Shown: positions 28,288-39,943, counted from the first letter of the stretch. The stretch is 64,000 nucleotides of DNA from an uncultured Desulfarculus sp. (GCA_963665125.2 CAXXUK010000001.1:2112001-2176000); one strand, 5' to 3'. Notes: generated by a model not told the origin, from the sequence alone. Made by a program: numbers and translations.

Positions 28288-30913
28288 GCAGTCTCCTCAG
28301 TTCCTCCAAGGCCCCCAGGGCCTCCATGGGCGTCATGTTCAGCGGGTCCATCTGCTTTAGACGGTCCAGGGCCGGGTGATCTTGCACGGCGAACAACTGC
28401 ATCTGGGCCTGGGACCGTTTGGCTTGGGGTCTGGCGGCCGGTTCGCCGCGTTTGCCGCTTTCCAAACGGTCCAGCACTTCCCTGGCCCGTTCCAGGACCA
28501 CGGGCGGCAGACCGGCCAGACGGGCCACCTGCAAGCCGTAGGAGCGACTCACTCCGCCTGGGGCCAATCGCCGCAGAAAAACAACCTGGCCTTGATATTC
28601 TTTAACAGCCACATTGAAGTTTCGCACTCTTTCGCATGTGGCCGCAAGCTCGGTCAGTTCGTGGTAGTGGGTGGCGAACAGGGTCTTGACCCCGCTTCCG
28701 TGCAGGCCGTGCAAATGTTCGGCCACGGCCCAGGCCAGGGACAGGCCGTCAAAGGTGGAGGTACCCCGCCCCACTTCGTCCAGGACCACCAGGGAGCGCG
28801 GCGTGGCGTTTCCCAGGATCTGGGCCGTCTCGGTCATCTCCACCATGAAGGTGGAGCGGCCCCTGGCCAGGTCGTCCATGGCCCCGACGCGGGTGAAGAT
28901 GCGGTCCACCAGGGGCAGTTCGGCGCTTTCGGCGGGCACGAAGGACCCGGCCTGGGCCAACAGGCTGATCAGGGCGGCCTGGCGCAAGATGGTGGACTTT
29001 CCGGCCATGTTGGGCCCGGTGATGATGATCACCTGCTGTTCATGGTCATCCAGAAGCAGGTCGTTGGGCACGAACTCCCCGGCGGGCAGCATCTGCTCCA
29101 CCACGGGGTGGCGGCCCTGGCTGATGTTCATGGGCCCGTTCAAGCTCATCCGGGGCCGTACGTAATCGCGGCTGGCGGCTAGGGCGGCCCAACCGGCCAG
29201 CACGTCGATGGCCGCCAAGGCCCGGCCGCACTGCATCAGCGGACGAGACCAGCGGGCCACCTCTTCGCGCAGGTCTTCGAATATTTCGCGCTCCAGGTCC
29301 AGGGCCTTTTCCTCGGCCCCCAGGACATCGGCCTCTTTTTCCTTGAGATCGGGCGTGAAGTAGCGTTCGGCAGTGGCCAGGGTCTGCTTGCGGATGAAGG
29401 TGTCGGGCACCTTGCTCAAGTGGGTCTTGGTCACTTCAATGTAGTAGCCGAAGACCCGGTTGAAGCCCACCTTCAGCGAGCTGATGCCCGTCTCGGCCCT
29501 GAGTTGGGCCTGCAATCCGGCGATCCAGCCCTTGCCCTGGCTGCTCATGGAGCGCAGTTCGTCCAGGCGCTTGCTGAAGCCCTCGGCGACGACCCCGCCG
29601 TCGCTCAGGGCCAGGGGCGGCCTGTCGGCCAGGGTGCGGTTCAACCGCTCGCAAAGGGCCTCCAGGCCTGAGAGCTCGGCTGCCTGGCTGATCAAAAGCG
29701 GCGAGTTCAGCGGCTCCAGTTCGGCGATGAGCCCCGGCAGCAGCCCCAGGGCGTCGCGCAGGGCGGCCAGGTCCCGGGGCGAGGCCTGGCCAAGGCTGGC
29801 CCGGCCCACCAGGCGGGGTACGTCGGGCAGGCGGTCGAGCCTTTCGGCGATGGCCCCGCAGGCCACTGTGTCCAGGCGCAGTTCTTCAACGGCCTGGTGC
29901 CGCATCTCGATGGACTCCAGGTCCATGAGCGGAAAGCCAAGCCACTGTTTGAGCAGGCGTCCGCCCATGGCCGTGGCCGTCTGATCCACGGCGTGCAATA
30001 GCGATCCCTTGCGGCTGCCGGTGGCTATGGATTTATACAGCTCCAGGTTGCGCCGGGCCGTGGCGTCCAGGACCAGATGGGTGCCAACCTGGTAGACGCT
30101 GAGCGTATCGATATGGCCCGGCGTACACATCTGGGTGGCTGCAATGGTCTCCCAGGCCATGGCCGCGGCCATCAGGGCCGGTTCCAGACCGGCGTCGGCG
30201 TCCTGGGGCAGGCGCTCGTCCAGGCTCTGGCGGGCCTTGGCGATGCCTGGGGGCTTGCCGCCATAGGCCGAGACCACCGGATTCAACCCGGCCGCCAGGA
30301 CCTCCAGCATGGCCGGGGTGTTCCGCTGGCTTTCGGCCACGATCAACTCCGCCGGCTCCAGGCGGGCCAGTTCGTCGATGAGCGGCTGGCCCGGCGGCAC
30401 CACCGTGGCACGAAACTCGCCGCTGGACAGATCCAGATGGGCCAGTCCGGCGTCGCCTCCGGTGAGGCACAGGGCGGCCAGAAAGCGGTTGTCCTTGGCC
30501 GGCAGATGGCCGGGCATGGTGAAGGTGCCGGGGCTCTGCACACTGGTGATCTGGCGTTTGACCAGGCCCTTGGCCAGTTTGGGATCTTCCACCTGGTCGC
30601 AGATGGCCACCTTGTGGCCCGCGTCGATGAGCTGGGCCACGTATGAATCTATGGTCCGAAAGGGCACTCCGGCCATGGGAAAGGCGTCGGGGTCGTTTTT
30701 GTCGCGGCTGGTCAGTTGGATGGAAAGGACCTTGCTGCACAATTCGGCGTCTTCGAAAAACACCTCGTAGAAGTCGCCCATGCGGAAAAACAACACGCAA
30801 TCGGGGACCTGTTGGCGCATTTCAAAGTATTGCCGCAGCATCGGCGTTTGTTTTATTTCAGCGCCGGTGGATTCTGTATTCTTGCGTTCCGGACTGGATG
30901 TTTGTTTGGCCAT
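28280..30913 (-). CDS. mutS: DNA mismatch repair protein MutS
   Basis: TPMLRQY, FFRMGDFYE, TGPNMAGKST, STFMVEM, DEVGRGTST, ATHYHEL. Confidence 0.98.
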   Translation of the reverse strand: MAKQTSSPERKNTESTGAEIKQTPMLRQYFEMRQQVPDCVLFFRMGDFYEVFFEDAELCSKVLSIQLTSRDKNDPDAFPMAGVPFRTIDSYVAQLIDAGHKVAICDQVEDPKLAKGLVKRQITSVQSPGTFTMPGHLPAKDNRFLAALCLTGGDAGLAHLDLSSGEFRATVVPPGQPLIDELARLEPAELIVAESQRNTPAMLEVLAAGLNPVVSAYGGKPPGIAKARQSLDERLPQDADAGLEPALMAAAMAWETIAATQMCTPGHIDTLSVYQVGTHLVLDATARRNLELYKSIATGSRKGSLLHAVDQTATAMGGRLLKQWLGFPLMDLESIEMRHQAVEELRLDTVACGAIAERLDRLPDVPRLVGRASLGQASPRDLAALRDALGLLPGLIAELEPLNSPLLISQAAELSGLEALCERLNRTLADRPPLALSDGGVVAEGFSKRLDELRSMSSQGKGWIAGLQAQLRAETGISSLKVGFNRVFGYYIEVTKTHLSKVPDTFIRKQTLATAERYFTPDLKEKEADVLGAEEKALDLEREIFEDLREEVARWSRPLMQCGRALAAIDVLAGWAALAASRDYVRPRMSLNGPMNISQGRHPVVEQMLPAGEFVPNDLLLDDHEQQVIIITGPNMAGKSTILRQAALISLLAQAGSFVPAESAELPLVDRIFTRVGAMDDLARGRSTFMVEMTETAQILGNATPRSLVVLDEVGRGTSTFDGLSLAWAVAEHLHGLHGSGVKTLFATHYHELTELAATCERVRNFNVAVKEYQGQVVFLRRLAPGGVSRSYGLQVARLAGLPPVVLERAREVLDRLESGKRGEPAARPQAKRSQAQMQLFAVQDHPALDRLKQMDPLNMTPMEALGALEELRRLLD

Positions 30914-30988
30914 ACCCTTTTAGCGATTGTAAGTTGTGACTCCCCTTGGCGACCCCGGCCAAACCGCCCCGCGGACGGCGGCAACGGT

Positions 30989-32206
30989 TCATCCGCGGTA
31001 GGGCGTCATGGTGTCCCAGTTGTGGCAGCGCGGGCACTTCCAGGTCAAGTGCTGGGCCACAAATCCGCAGTTGCCGCATTGGTATTGGGTCCGGAAGCCG
31101 TGGACCTGGGCCAGAAGCTCCACATAGGCCTCCTGGCAGCCGGACTGATCGCCCATGGCCAAAAGGATGTCGCCCTTGATTTGGTGGGCCTCCAGGCAGC
31201 CGGGATCTTTCGCTATGGCCTTGTTCAGCAGTTCCAGGGCCTTGGGGTCGTCGCCATGGCCGTGGCGGCTGCGGGCCAAGGCCAACAAAGCGGTGACTTC
31301 GGCCGTGTCCAGGTTGATTTCATTGAAAAACGACAAAACCGCCTTTTCGCCCAAGGTGGACTCGGCCTTGTCCATGCGGTCGATGACCAGGTGGGCGTGC
31401 AGGGGGGCCAGGCCCACGGCCTTGCGCCACAGGTTGATGGCCTTGCGGTTGCGGCCCCTGGAAAGTTCCAGATCGCCCAGGTGCAAATAGGCGTCGATGC
31501 ACTTTTTGTGCACGTTTATGGCCTGGCTCATGGCCTGTTCGGCCGCGTCGAGCTTGCCCTCGGCGGCCAATTCCTTGCCCTGCTCGGTCTTGTAGTGGGC
31601 CAGGATCAAGCGGCTGTCCTTGCCGGTTATCTTGTCCAGTTTGCGCAACGTGTCATAGGCCTTGGCCCAATCACGCATCTCCTCGTAGAGGCTTACCAGT
31701 TGGGCCGTGGCGTCCACGTGGCTGGAATCCTGGGCCAACACTTCCTGGAAGGCCTCCACGGCCCGGTTGAACAGGCCGCCCTTGCGGTAGTCCAAACCCA
31801 GATCGTAGCGGGCCTGAATTTGAACGGCCCGGTCCAGGTTCAAGCGGGCGATGATGGTCTGGCGGATGCGCACGGCCCGGTCGATTTCACCCTTTTGGCG
31901 GAACAGGTTGCCCAAAACAACGTATGTCTCAACCGTGTCGGAGTTGAGATTGACGGCCTTGGTGAACTCCTCGATGGCCTGGTCCGTATGGTCGGCCATC
32001 AGGTGGGTCAGGCCCTTCAGGAAGGCGTCGTCAGAGGCGTCACGGGCCTGTTTGAGGCCCTTGCCCGCGGCCACCGGGGCAACCGTGCGCTTGCCGCGCC
32101 CCAGCAGGATGCCGACGAGCAGGCCCACAGCCAAGAGAATTACGCCCGCCGCCGCCATGGCCACGGTCACATTTTGGCCCATTGCAACAAAAAGGGTTTG
32201 GTCCAT
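30989..32206 (-). CDS. lapB: LPS assembly protein B (TPR + rubredoxin-like)
   Basis: LGNLFRQKGEIDRAVRI, TPRs, C-terminal YQCGNCGF...WKCPRCHNW. Confidence 0.88.
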   Translation of the reverse strand: MDQTLFVAMGQNVTVAMAAAGVILLAVGLLVGILLGRGKRTVAPVAAGKGLKQARDASDDAFLKGLTHLMADHTDQAIEEFTKAVNLNSDTVETYVVLGNLFRQKGEIDRAVRIRQTIIARLNLDRAVQIQARYDLGLDYRKGGLFNRAVEAFQEVLAQDSSHVDATAQLVSLYEEMRDWAKAYDTLRKLDKITGKDSRLILAHYKTEQGKELAAEGKLDAAEQAMSQAINVHKKCIDAYLHLGDLELSRGRNRKAINLWRKAVGLAPLHAHLVIDRMDKAESTLGEKAVLSFFNEINLDTAEVTALLALARSRHGHGDDPKALELLNKAIAKDPGCLEAHQIKGDILLAMGDQSGCQEAYVELLAQVHGFRTQYQCGNCGFVAQHLTWKCPRCHNWDTMTPYRG

Positions 32207-32208
32207 GA

Positions 32209-32625
32209 TTACTTGTTTCCGTTTTCCGGCTCAACCACCGCCAACTGTTCGGCCATTGTCTCCGGCTCGGCAGTCTTTTCCAATAGCGGCGGGGCTTGCT
32301 TTTGCACGCTGTTGTTTTCGTTTACCGGCAGGTTGCGCAGGCTGTTGATCTCGTTGTTGAGCCTGTCGATCTCTTTACCCTTGTCCTTAACCTGCTTGCG
32401 CAGGCGCAGGCGCTCCAGAATCCCCACCAGACTGGCGGCCAGCAGGCCGAAGAAGAACCCCAGGAGGATGATCAGGTACGTGGGATACGGCGTTGACTCC
32501 AGGTTGACGAAATAAAGGTTGAGCCGCAGGGCCAGAGGATGGCTGAGGGGCTCGATGTTCTGGATCATGAAAATGACGGCCAGCGCAACCGCCGCTGAAA
32601 CCACAAACGCCTTTAGGTAGCCCAT
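32209..32625 (-). CDS. lapA: LPS assembly protein A family
   Basis: Two TM segments with FMIQN plus coiled coil; directly upstream of lapB. Confidence 0.8.
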   Translation of the reverse strand: MGYLKAFVVSAAVALAVIFMIQNIEPLSHPLALRLNLYFVNLESTPYPTYLIILLGFFFGLLAASLVGILERLRLRKQVKDKGKEIDRLNNEINSLRNLPVNENNSVQKQAPPLLEKTAEPETMAEQLAVVEPENGNK

Positions 32626-32633
32626 CGTCGCTC

Positions 32634-33119
32634 CTATTTAATATTCTTGAAATAAGGCCGCAGCTTCTCGCAGGTGGCCTCAATGTGCTCGGGCACGGAC
32701 CGTACATCGCCAAGCACGGTCATGAAATTGGTGTCGCCGCTCCAGCGGGGGACGATGTGGAAGTGCATGTGCTCCTCGATGCCCGCTCCGGCCACGCGGC
32801 CCAGGTTGAGCCCGCAGTTGAACCCCTCGGGGTTCATCAGATCGCTGAGGGCCTTTTTGGCCAGGGTCAGGTTGGCCATCAGGTCCAGGCTCTCCTGTTC
32901 GGTCAGCGCCTCCAGCCCGGCTATGTGGCGCTTGGGCGCGACCAGCAGATGTCCATTATTGTAAGGGTATTTGTTCATCATCACCAGCGTGGTTTCACCC
33001 ACGCCCAGCACAAGGTTGTCGGCGCCCTTGCCGTCGGTGGCCAAACAGAAAATACAGCCGTCGGCCTTGTCTTCACCCAGGATGTAGCTCATGCGCCAGG
33101 GCGCCCATAAAACGTCCAT
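32634..33119 (-). CDS. HIT-family hydrolase (Ap4A phosphorylase-like)
   Basis: LWAPWRMSYI, CIFC, NKYPYNNGHLL, HMHFHIVPRW. Confidence 0.92.
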   Translation of the reverse strand: MDVLWAPWRMSYILGEDKADGCIFCLATDGKGADNLVLGVGETTLVMMNKYPYNNGHLLVAPKRHIAGLEALTEQESLDLMANLTLAKKALSDLMNPEGFNCGLNLGRVAGAGIEEHMHFHIVPRWSGDTNFMTVLGDVRSVPEHIEATCEKLRPYFKNIK

Positions 33120-33131
33120 AAAAACGTACTC

Positions 33132-33617
33132 CTACAACTTTATGATACTGCCTTCAATGCCTTGGTCAACCTCAAGCAGGCCCACCGTGCCCCCGGGCCG
33201 ACCGCCCATGGCCGTGCCTGGGTTGAATAAAAGTATTCCATTTTTAATCAAATTGGTCGGTTGATGGGAATGGCCAAACACGATGCAATCGACATTGTCG
33301 CCGGAAAACTCGCCGGCCACCCTTTCCATGAGCCCTTGTTTGGCCCCCCAACCGTGCATCAAGCCTATTCTTTTTGTTCCGGCTTTGATGATTCTTTTTG
33401 TCGGCAAATCCCTGGTGCTGGGGCCCTGGTCCATGTTTCCGGCCACGGCCAGCACCTCGGCTTGGCCGAAACAGTCCAGAACCGATATGTGGGTGATGTC
33501 TCCGGCGTGGAGAATCATGTCCACCCCGCCCAGAACCCGGCTCATTGTCTCGGCAAAGGCCTGGTCGTACGCGTTCATATGGGTGTCTGACACTACGCCG
33601 ATACGGATCATGCTCAT
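33132..33617 (-). CDS. YfcE/MJ0936-type metallophosphoesterase
   Basis: SDTH, HAGD, GNMD, HG, FGHSH, FNPG. Confidence 0.92.
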   Translation of the reverse strand: MSMIRIGVVSDTHMNAYDQAFAETMSRVLGGVDMILHAGDITHISVLDCFGQAEVLAVAGNMDQGPSTRDLPTKRIIKAGTKRIGLMHGWGAKQGLMERVAGEFSGDNVDCIVFGHSHQPTNLIKNGILLFNPGTAMGGRPGGTVGLLEVDQGIEGSIIKL

Positions 33618-34345
33618 CCCAAATCAACCAGTTCGATCTCGCCCCAAGCGGCTATGGAACGCCCGACCACGGCCAGGGCGCCAAGAACTCCGGGAATTGT
33701 TTTAGCCCAATCCAGGGCCTTTTCCAGGTCGGCGGCTCCGGTTATGCGGTTGCCCAGCGCGGTGGCCGCGGCATCGGCCAAGGCCGCGTCCTTGGCTATG
33801 ACCGTGGCCGCGTCGGCCCGGCCAAGCGACAGCGAGTGCCCAACCGTGCCCGAGCTTGTGCCGATGGCCATGGGCTGCTCGTTGGCCTTTACGCCGAGTC
33901 CCAAACGGCCGCTGAACGGCGAGTTGCCCGCCGAAAGGCCGATGGTTATATCCCGGCCCGTATCCAGGTACAGGTCTCCGCCGTTTTCCACGGCCACGGC
34001 CTTGCTCAGCGGCCTAAGCCCAACGGCCACGAACTGGGCCATGGCCCCGGCCACGGCGGCCATGGGCCCGGTGCCCGCGGCGATACCGGCCCTGAGCATG
34101 GCCCGGACCAGGGGCGGGGCCAAGTCGTCGTCGGCCAGGGGCTCCAGGGAGTCGAAGAATCCGGACCTGGAGACACCGTAGTTTTCCAGCCCCCGGCGCA
34201 GTTCGATGACCAACTCAACGGCCTGAATGCTCAGGTCGGACTCGGCCATCAGCCACAGGTCGGTTTCCTTGACCCTGGCGGCAAAACCGCAGAGGCCGGC
34301 GGCGCGGCACGACAAACGATAATTGCGCGGTTCAAACGTTGCCAA
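33614..34345 (-). CDS. UPF0280 / ApbE-superfamily protein
   Basis: KETDL, GPMAAVAGA, VENGGD, TSSGTVGHSLSLG, LADAAATA. Confidence 0.88.
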   Translation of the reverse strand: MATFEPRNYRLSCRAAGLCGFAARVKETDLWLMAESDLSIQAVELVIELRRGLENYGVSRSGFFDSLEPLADDDLAPPLVRAMLRAGIAAGTGPMAAVAGAMAQFVAVGLRPLSKAVAVENGGDLYLDTGRDITIGLSAGNSPFSGRLGLGVKANEQPMAIGTSSGTVGHSLSLGRADAATVIAKDAALADAAATALGNRITGAADLEKALDWAKTIPGVLGALAVVGRSIAAWGEIELVDLG

Positions 34346-34403
34346 ATTTTTTCAGCCTGTGGGCCTTCCGCTATCAGGTGCGCCTGGAGCGCAATTTCGC
34401 ATC

Positions 34404-34433
34404 GTTATAACCCAGTATTTTGCAACGTGTCAA
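34404..34433 (-). promoter_or_regulatory. Putative sigma70 promoter of the UPF0280...mutS run
   Basis: TTGACA-18 nt-TATAAC on the - strand. Confidence 0.5.
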
Positions 34434-34486
34434 CGAAAGTAGCCCTAAGGAGTCAATGTCCCCGACTTGGCCGGATATCCCATATC

Positions 34487-34515
34487 TTGACTTGGCTTGG
34501 CGCATAAGCTAATAA
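34487..34515 (+). promoter_or_regulatory. Putative sigma70 promoter of the HTH-WYL gene
   Basis: TTGACT-17 nt-TAATAA. Confidence 0.4.
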
Positions 34516-34546
34516 CATGGAAGTCTTTTTTAGCACTGGAGTAGCC

Positions 34547-35179
34547 ATGAACAGCCGCCGTCTGGCACGGCTCATGGGCATAATCTGCGATATCAAGGCG
34601 AACCCCCGCCGCAGCCCGGACGAAATGTGCCGGCGATTCGATATTTCCCGCCGCCAATTTTACAAGGACCGGGACACGTTGGCCGATATGGGCTTCGGTT
34701 TTCACTATGTCCGGGGCAAACAAGGCTTTATCTTGGACAAGGAGCTGACCTTCAATGTCTCGGGGCTGTCCCTGGCGGATTTGTTCGCCCTTATCCTGGC
34801 GGTGCGCGAGCTGACCAGCCTGTCGGACTTCGGCCTGGCCATGGCCGCCCTCGGCGGTCTGCGGCGGCTGATAAACCAACTCCCCGAGGACAGCCGCCGT
34901 GTATTCACCGACGCCATGGAGCAGGTGGTGGTCACCGACGGTTTCGGCTGCCGTCCCCAGGTGCTCGGCGAACTGGAACAGGCCGTTGAAGACGGCCGCC
35001 GGGTGGTTTTGGTTTTCAATGGAGAAGGCGAAACCCGCCAAACCGTGGACCCCAAACGGCTGTTCCTGAGCAACGGCGTCCTGCATCTGGAGGCCGACGG
35101 CCTCAAACAAGGCGCGCTCCAGTCGCTTAGCCAGGTGCGCAAGGTAATACCCACTCCCTTCTATTCCCCGAGGGAGTGA
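34547..35179 (+). CDS. HTH + WYL-like transcriptional regulator (short, degenerate)
   Basis: RLARL...FDISRRQFYKDRDTLADMGF wHTH; LEQAVEDGRRVVLVF...RQTVDPKRLF..NGVLHLEA WYL-like segment; GGAG RBS before ATG 34547. Confidence 0.75.
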   Translation: MNSRRLARLMGIICDIKANPRRSPDEMCRRFDISRRQFYKDRDTLADMGFGFHYVRGKQGFILDKELTFNVSGLSLADLFALILAVRELTSLSDFGLAMAALGGLRRLINQLPEDSRRVFTDAMEQVVVTDGFGCRPQVLGELEQAVEDGRRVVLVFNGEGETRQTVDPKRLFLSNGVLHLEADGLKQGALQSLSQVRKVIPTPFYSPRE

Positions 35180-35238
35180 TTTTTTCGGGAAACCGCATTG
35201 GCGGCGGCATTTCCGCCCGCCCTTTGAAAGGATAATCC

Positions 35239-36417
35239 ATGCGTGAAGTTGTCATAGTCAGCGCCTGCCGCACCCCGGTCGGATCGTTCCAGGGCGCCTT
35301 TGCCTCGCTGTCAGCGCTTGACCTGGGCGTCGTGGCCATCAACGAGGCCATGAACCGGGCCGGCCTGCAAAAAGAGCAGATCGACGAAGTGATCATGGGC
35401 AACGTGCTGCCCGCCGGCATGGGCCAGAACCCCGCCCGCCAGGCCAGCCTAAGAGCCGGGCTGCCCTTTGAGGTCGGCTGCATCACGGTGAACAAGGTCT
35501 GCGGATCGGGCCTCAAGAGCGTGATGTTGGGGGCTCAGGCCATCGCCTGCGGCGACGCCGATATCATCATCGCCGGCGGCATGGAGTCCATGACCGGCGC
35601 GCCGTACCTGATCCCCAAGGGCCGGGCCGGGCTGCGCATGGGCAACGGCCAGGTTGTCGACTCCATGGTCAGCGACGGCCTGTGGGACCATCTCAACAAC
35701 TTCCACATGGGCATGAGCGCCGAACTCTGCGCCGAAAAATACGGAGTGACCCGGGAGGATCAGGACAAGTTCTCCGTGGAGAGCTACAACAAATCGGCCA
35801 AGAGCCAGGCAGAGGGCAAGTTCAAGGACGAGATCGTGCCGGTGAAGGTCAATACCCGCAAGGGCGAAACCGTGGTGGAGCTTGACGAAGGCGTCAAGGA
35901 ATCGTCCTTGGAGGTCCTGGCCAAGCTGCGTCCGGCTTTCAAACGCGACGGAGGCACGGTGACGGCGGGCAACGCCAGCACCATCAACGACGGCGCGGCC
36001 GCCGTGGTGCTGATGGCCGCCGAAAAGGCCGCCGAACTGGGTGTCAAGCCCCTGGTCAGGGTCGGAGCCCAGGCCGCGGCGGGCCTTGATCCCAAGTATG
36101 TGCTGGTGGCCCCCATCTACTCCATCCCCAAGGCCTGCGCCAAGGCCGGCATCGACCCCAGGGACATCGAGTTGCACGAACTCAACGAGGCGTTCGCATC
36201 TTCGTCGATCGCCGTGCAGCGCACCCTTGACCTGGACCCCGCCCGGATCAACATCTTCGGCGGCTCCATTTCCATCGGCCACCCCATCGGCGCCTCCGGG
36301 GCCAGGGTCCTGACCACGCTGATCTACGCCATGAAAGGCACCGGCGCGGCCACCGGCATGGCCAGTTTGTGCCTTGGGGGCGGCGAAGCCGTCTCTTTGC
36401 TGGTACATAATGTCTGA
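35239..36417 (+). CDS. Acetyl-CoA C-acetyltransferase (thiolase) 1
   Basis: [25 protein letters not shown]. Confidence 0.96.
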   Translation: MREVVIVSACRTPVGSFQGAFASLSALDLGVVAINEAMNRAGLQKEQIDEVIMGNVLPAGMGQNPARQASLRAGLPFEVGCITVNKVCGSGLKSVMLGAQAIACGDADIIIAGGMESMTGAPYLIPKGRAGLRMGNGQVVDSMVSDGLWDHLNNFHMGMSAELCAEKYGVTREDQDKFSVESYNKSAKSQAEGKFKDEIVPVKVNTRKGETVVELDEGVKESSLEVLAKLRPAFKRDGGTVTAGNASTINDGAAAVVLMAAEKAAELGVKPLVRVGAQAAAGLDPKYVLVAPIYSIPKACAKAGIDPRDIELHELNEAFASSSIAVQRTLDLDPARINIFGGSISIGHPIGASGARVLTTLIYAMKGTGAATGMASLCLGGGEAVSLLVHNV

Positions 36418-36470
36418 AAAAAACCGGCCCGGCCCGGTTTACCTTATTGAAGGGAATTAGGAGAATAACA

Positions 36471-37649
36471 ATGAAAGAAATAGTCATCGCAGGAGCCGCC
36501 AGAACTCCGGTGGGCCGTTTCGGCGGCAGCCTCACCGACGTATCGGCCGTTGATCTGGGCGTGATCGCCGTCAAAGCCGCCATGGAACGCGCCGGGGTGG
36601 GCGCATCCATGGTCGACGAAGTGATCTACGGCAACGTCCTGGGCGCGGGCCTGGGCCAAAACGTGGCCCGCCAGGTCCAGGTGCATGCCGGCATCCCGGT
36701 GGAAAAAAACGCCTTCACCGTCAACAAGGTCTGCGCCTCGGGCCTTAAAAGCGTGATGCTGGCCGCCCAGGCCGTGATGTGTGGCGACGCCGAAATCGTC
36801 GTGGCCGGCGGCACCGAGAACATGAGCGCCGCGCCTTATCTGTTGCCCAAGGGCCGCTGGGGCCACAGGATGGGCAACGGCTCGCTGGTCGACGGCATGA
36901 TCCATGACGGTCTTTGGGATATCTTCAACGGCTACCATATGGGCATCACCGCCGAGAACGTGGCTGAAAAATACGGCATTACCCGCCAGATGCAGGACGA
37001 CCTGGCCCTGGTCAGCCAGAACCGCGCCGAAGCGGCCATCAAGGGGGGCATATTCAAGGACGAGATCGTGCCCGTGCCCATTCCTCAACGCAAGGGCGAC
37101 CCGAAAATCTTTGACACCGACGAGCACCCACGCCTGGGCACCACCATGGAAGCCCTGCAAAAGGTCGGCCCGGCCTTCAAGAAGGACGGCACCGTCACCG
37201 CCGGCAACGCCAGCGGCATCAACGACGGCGCAGCGGCCGTGGTTGTCACCAGCCGGGAAAAGGCCAACGAACTGGGCCTGCCGGTTCTGGCCAAGATCCG
37301 CTCCTACGGCTGGGGCGGCGTCGATCCCTCGGTCATGGGCCTGGGCCCCATCGCGGCCTCCCGCTCGGCCATGACCAAGGGCAACTGCACGGTGGAAGAC
37401 CTTGATCTCATCGAGGCCAACGAGGCGTTCGCCTCCCAGGCCGCGGCGGTTATCAAGGAGTTGGGCCTCAACACCGACATCGTCAACGTCAGCGGCGGCG
37501 CCATCGCCCTGGGCCATCCCATCGGCGCGTCCGGCGCGCGCATCCTGGTCACTTTGCTCTACGGCATGATCAGGCGCGACGCCAAGCTGGGCCTGGCCAC
37601 GCTGTGCATCGGCGGCGGCCAGGGCGCGGCCATGATCCTCGAACGTTAA
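36471..37649 (+). CDS. Acetyl-CoA C-acetyltransferase (thiolase) 2
   Basis: [28 protein letters not shown] 36471 with AGGAG RBS. Confidence 0.96.
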   Translation: MKEIVIAGAARTPVGRFGGSLTDVSAVDLGVIAVKAAMERAGVGASMVDEVIYGNVLGAGLGQNVARQVQVHAGIPVEKNAFTVNKVCASGLKSVMLAAQAVMCGDAEIVVAGGTENMSAAPYLLPKGRWGHRMGNGSLVDGMIHDGLWDIFNGYHMGITAENVAEKYGITRQMQDDLALVSQNRAEAAIKGGIFKDEIVPVPIPQRKGDPKIFDTDEHPRLGTTMEALQKVGPAFKKDGTVTAGNASGINDGAAAVVVTSREKANELGLPVLAKIRSYGWGGVDPSVMGLGPIAASRSAMTKGNCTVEDLDLIEANEAFASQAAAVIKELGLNTDIVNVSGGAIALGHPIGASGARILVTLLYGMIRRDAKLGLATLCIGGGQGAAMILER

Positions 37650-37662
37650 GACCCGCTATCTT

Positions 37663-37696
37663 GGGCCCTCCCCCCCGGGGAGGGCCTAGTTTTTTC
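37663..37696 (+). terminator. Rho-independent terminator
   Basis: GGCCCTCCCC..GGGGAGGGCC followed by TAGTTTTTT. Confidence 0.7.
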
Positions 37697-37736
37697 CACA
37701 GCCTGAGCACCCGCTCGTTTTCTTTTTCACAATCTA

Positions 37737-37765
37737 TTGCCTTGTGTTGTTTTTTAGGTTACTTT
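37737..37765 (+). promoter_or_regulatory. Putative sigma70 promoter for crotonase-ACAD
   Basis: TTGCCT-17 nt-TACTTT in an AT-rich patch. Confidence 0.4.
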
Positions 37766-37893
37766 GGTTGCACCAATCTGGGTGAACTGTGTTTACAGGC
37801 AACCGTCCGGCGCCGCCCGGGCGGCAACTTTCAGGAGCGGTCCGCGCCGGCTTCGCCGGGCCGCCGAGCCGAATGGGACGAGAAAGGGATAAC

Positions 37894-38682
<789 letters not shown>

Positions 38683-38754
38683 TATCCGGACGAACAAAAC
38701 GCGCGAACATACAACGGTTTGCTTTTGCAACAACTTTCAACATAGAGGTATCAA

Positions 38755-39903
38755 ATGAATTTCGCACTGACCGAAGAACAACAGATGGTCAAAGACACTG
38801 CGGCCCGCTTTGCCGACGAGGTCCTCAAGCCCCAGGCCAAGCACTTTGACGAGACCCACGAGCATCCCGCCGAGGCCGTCGAGGCCTTGGCCGAGTTGGG
38901 ATTCATGGGCATCGCCGTTGAAGACGAGTACGGCGGCGCGGGCATGGACTATATCAGCTACGTGCTGGCCATGACCGAGATCAGCCGCGGCGACGCCTCG
39001 GTGGGCGTCATTATGAGCGCCAACAACTCCCTGTACTGCTACCCGATGATGACCTTCGGCACCCCCGAGCAGAAAGAGCAGTTCCTGACCCCGGTGGCCA
39101 GCGGCCAGAAAATCGGCTGCTACGGCCTGACCGAGGCCGGCGCGGGCTCCGATCCCGGAGCCATGCGCACCACGGCCGTGCTGGACGGCGACGAGTGGAT
39201 CCTTAACGGCGAAAAAAAATTCATCACCAACGGCCCCATCGCCTCCTACGCCGTAATCGCCGCCGTCACCGATAAGAGCGCGGGCGCCAAGGGCATCAGC
39301 ACCTTTGTGGTGGACCTGGAAAACACCCCCGGCTTCTCGGTGGGCTTTATCGAGGAAAAGATGGGCATCTGCGCCAGCGGCACCTCGGAGCTGGTTTTTG
39401 AAGACGCCCGCATCCCCAAGGGCAACCTCATCGGCCAGCAGGGCGGCGGTCTCAAGCAGATGCTGATGACCCTCAACTCCGGCCGCATCGGCATCGGTTC
39501 CCAGGCCCTGGGCATCGGCCGGGCCGTGCTGGAAGAGGCCGTGGCCTACGCCCTGGAGCGTGAGCAGTTCGGCAAGCCCATCAGCGCCATGCAGGCCATT
39601 CAGTGGAAGCTGGCCGACATCGCCACCCAGCTCGACGCCGCCGAGCTTCTGCTGCTGCGGGCGGCCTGGCTGGAAGACCAGCACGCCAACTTCGAGAAGG
39701 AAGCGGCAATGGCCAAGATGTTCGCCTCGGACGCGGCCATGAGCGCGGCCATCGAGGGCGTGCAGATCCTGGGCGGCTACGGCTATTGCAAGGAATACCC
39801 CATGGAGCGCCATATGCGCGACGCCAAGATCACCCAGATCTATGAAGGCACCAACGAGATCATGCGTCTGGTCGTGGCCCGCAACACCCTCAGAATGCGC
39901 TAA
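38755..39903 (+). CDS. Acyl-CoA dehydrogenase (short-chain type)
   Basis: LTEAGAGSD, NGEKKFITNG, REQFGKPI, DAKITQIYEGTNEI. Confidence 0.96.
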   Translation: MNFALTEEQQMVKDTAARFADEVLKPQAKHFDETHEHPAEAVEALAELGFMGIAVEDEYGGAGMDYISYVLAMTEISRGDASVGVIMSANNSLYCYPMMTFGTPEQKEQFLTPVASGQKIGCYGLTEAGAGSDPGAMRTTAVLDGDEWILNGEKKFITNGPIASYAVIAAVTDKSAGAKGISTFVVDLENTPGFSVGFIEEKMGICASGTSELVFEDARIPKGNLIGQQGGGLKQMLMTLNSGRIGIGSQALGIGRAVLEEAVAYALEREQFGKPISAMQAIQWKLADIATQLDAAELLLLRAAWLEDQHANFEKEAAMAKMFASDAAMSAAIEGVQILGGYGYCKEYPMERHMRDAKITQIYEGTNEIMRLVVARNTLRMR

Positions 39904-39910
39904 TCAGTTC

Positions 39911-39943
39911 GGCCGGGGTTCCTGCCTGGAGCCCCGGCCTTTT
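39911..39943 (+). terminator. Rho-independent terminator
   Basis: GGCCGGGGTTCC-tgcct-GGAGCCCCGGCC-TTTT. Confidence 0.75.
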
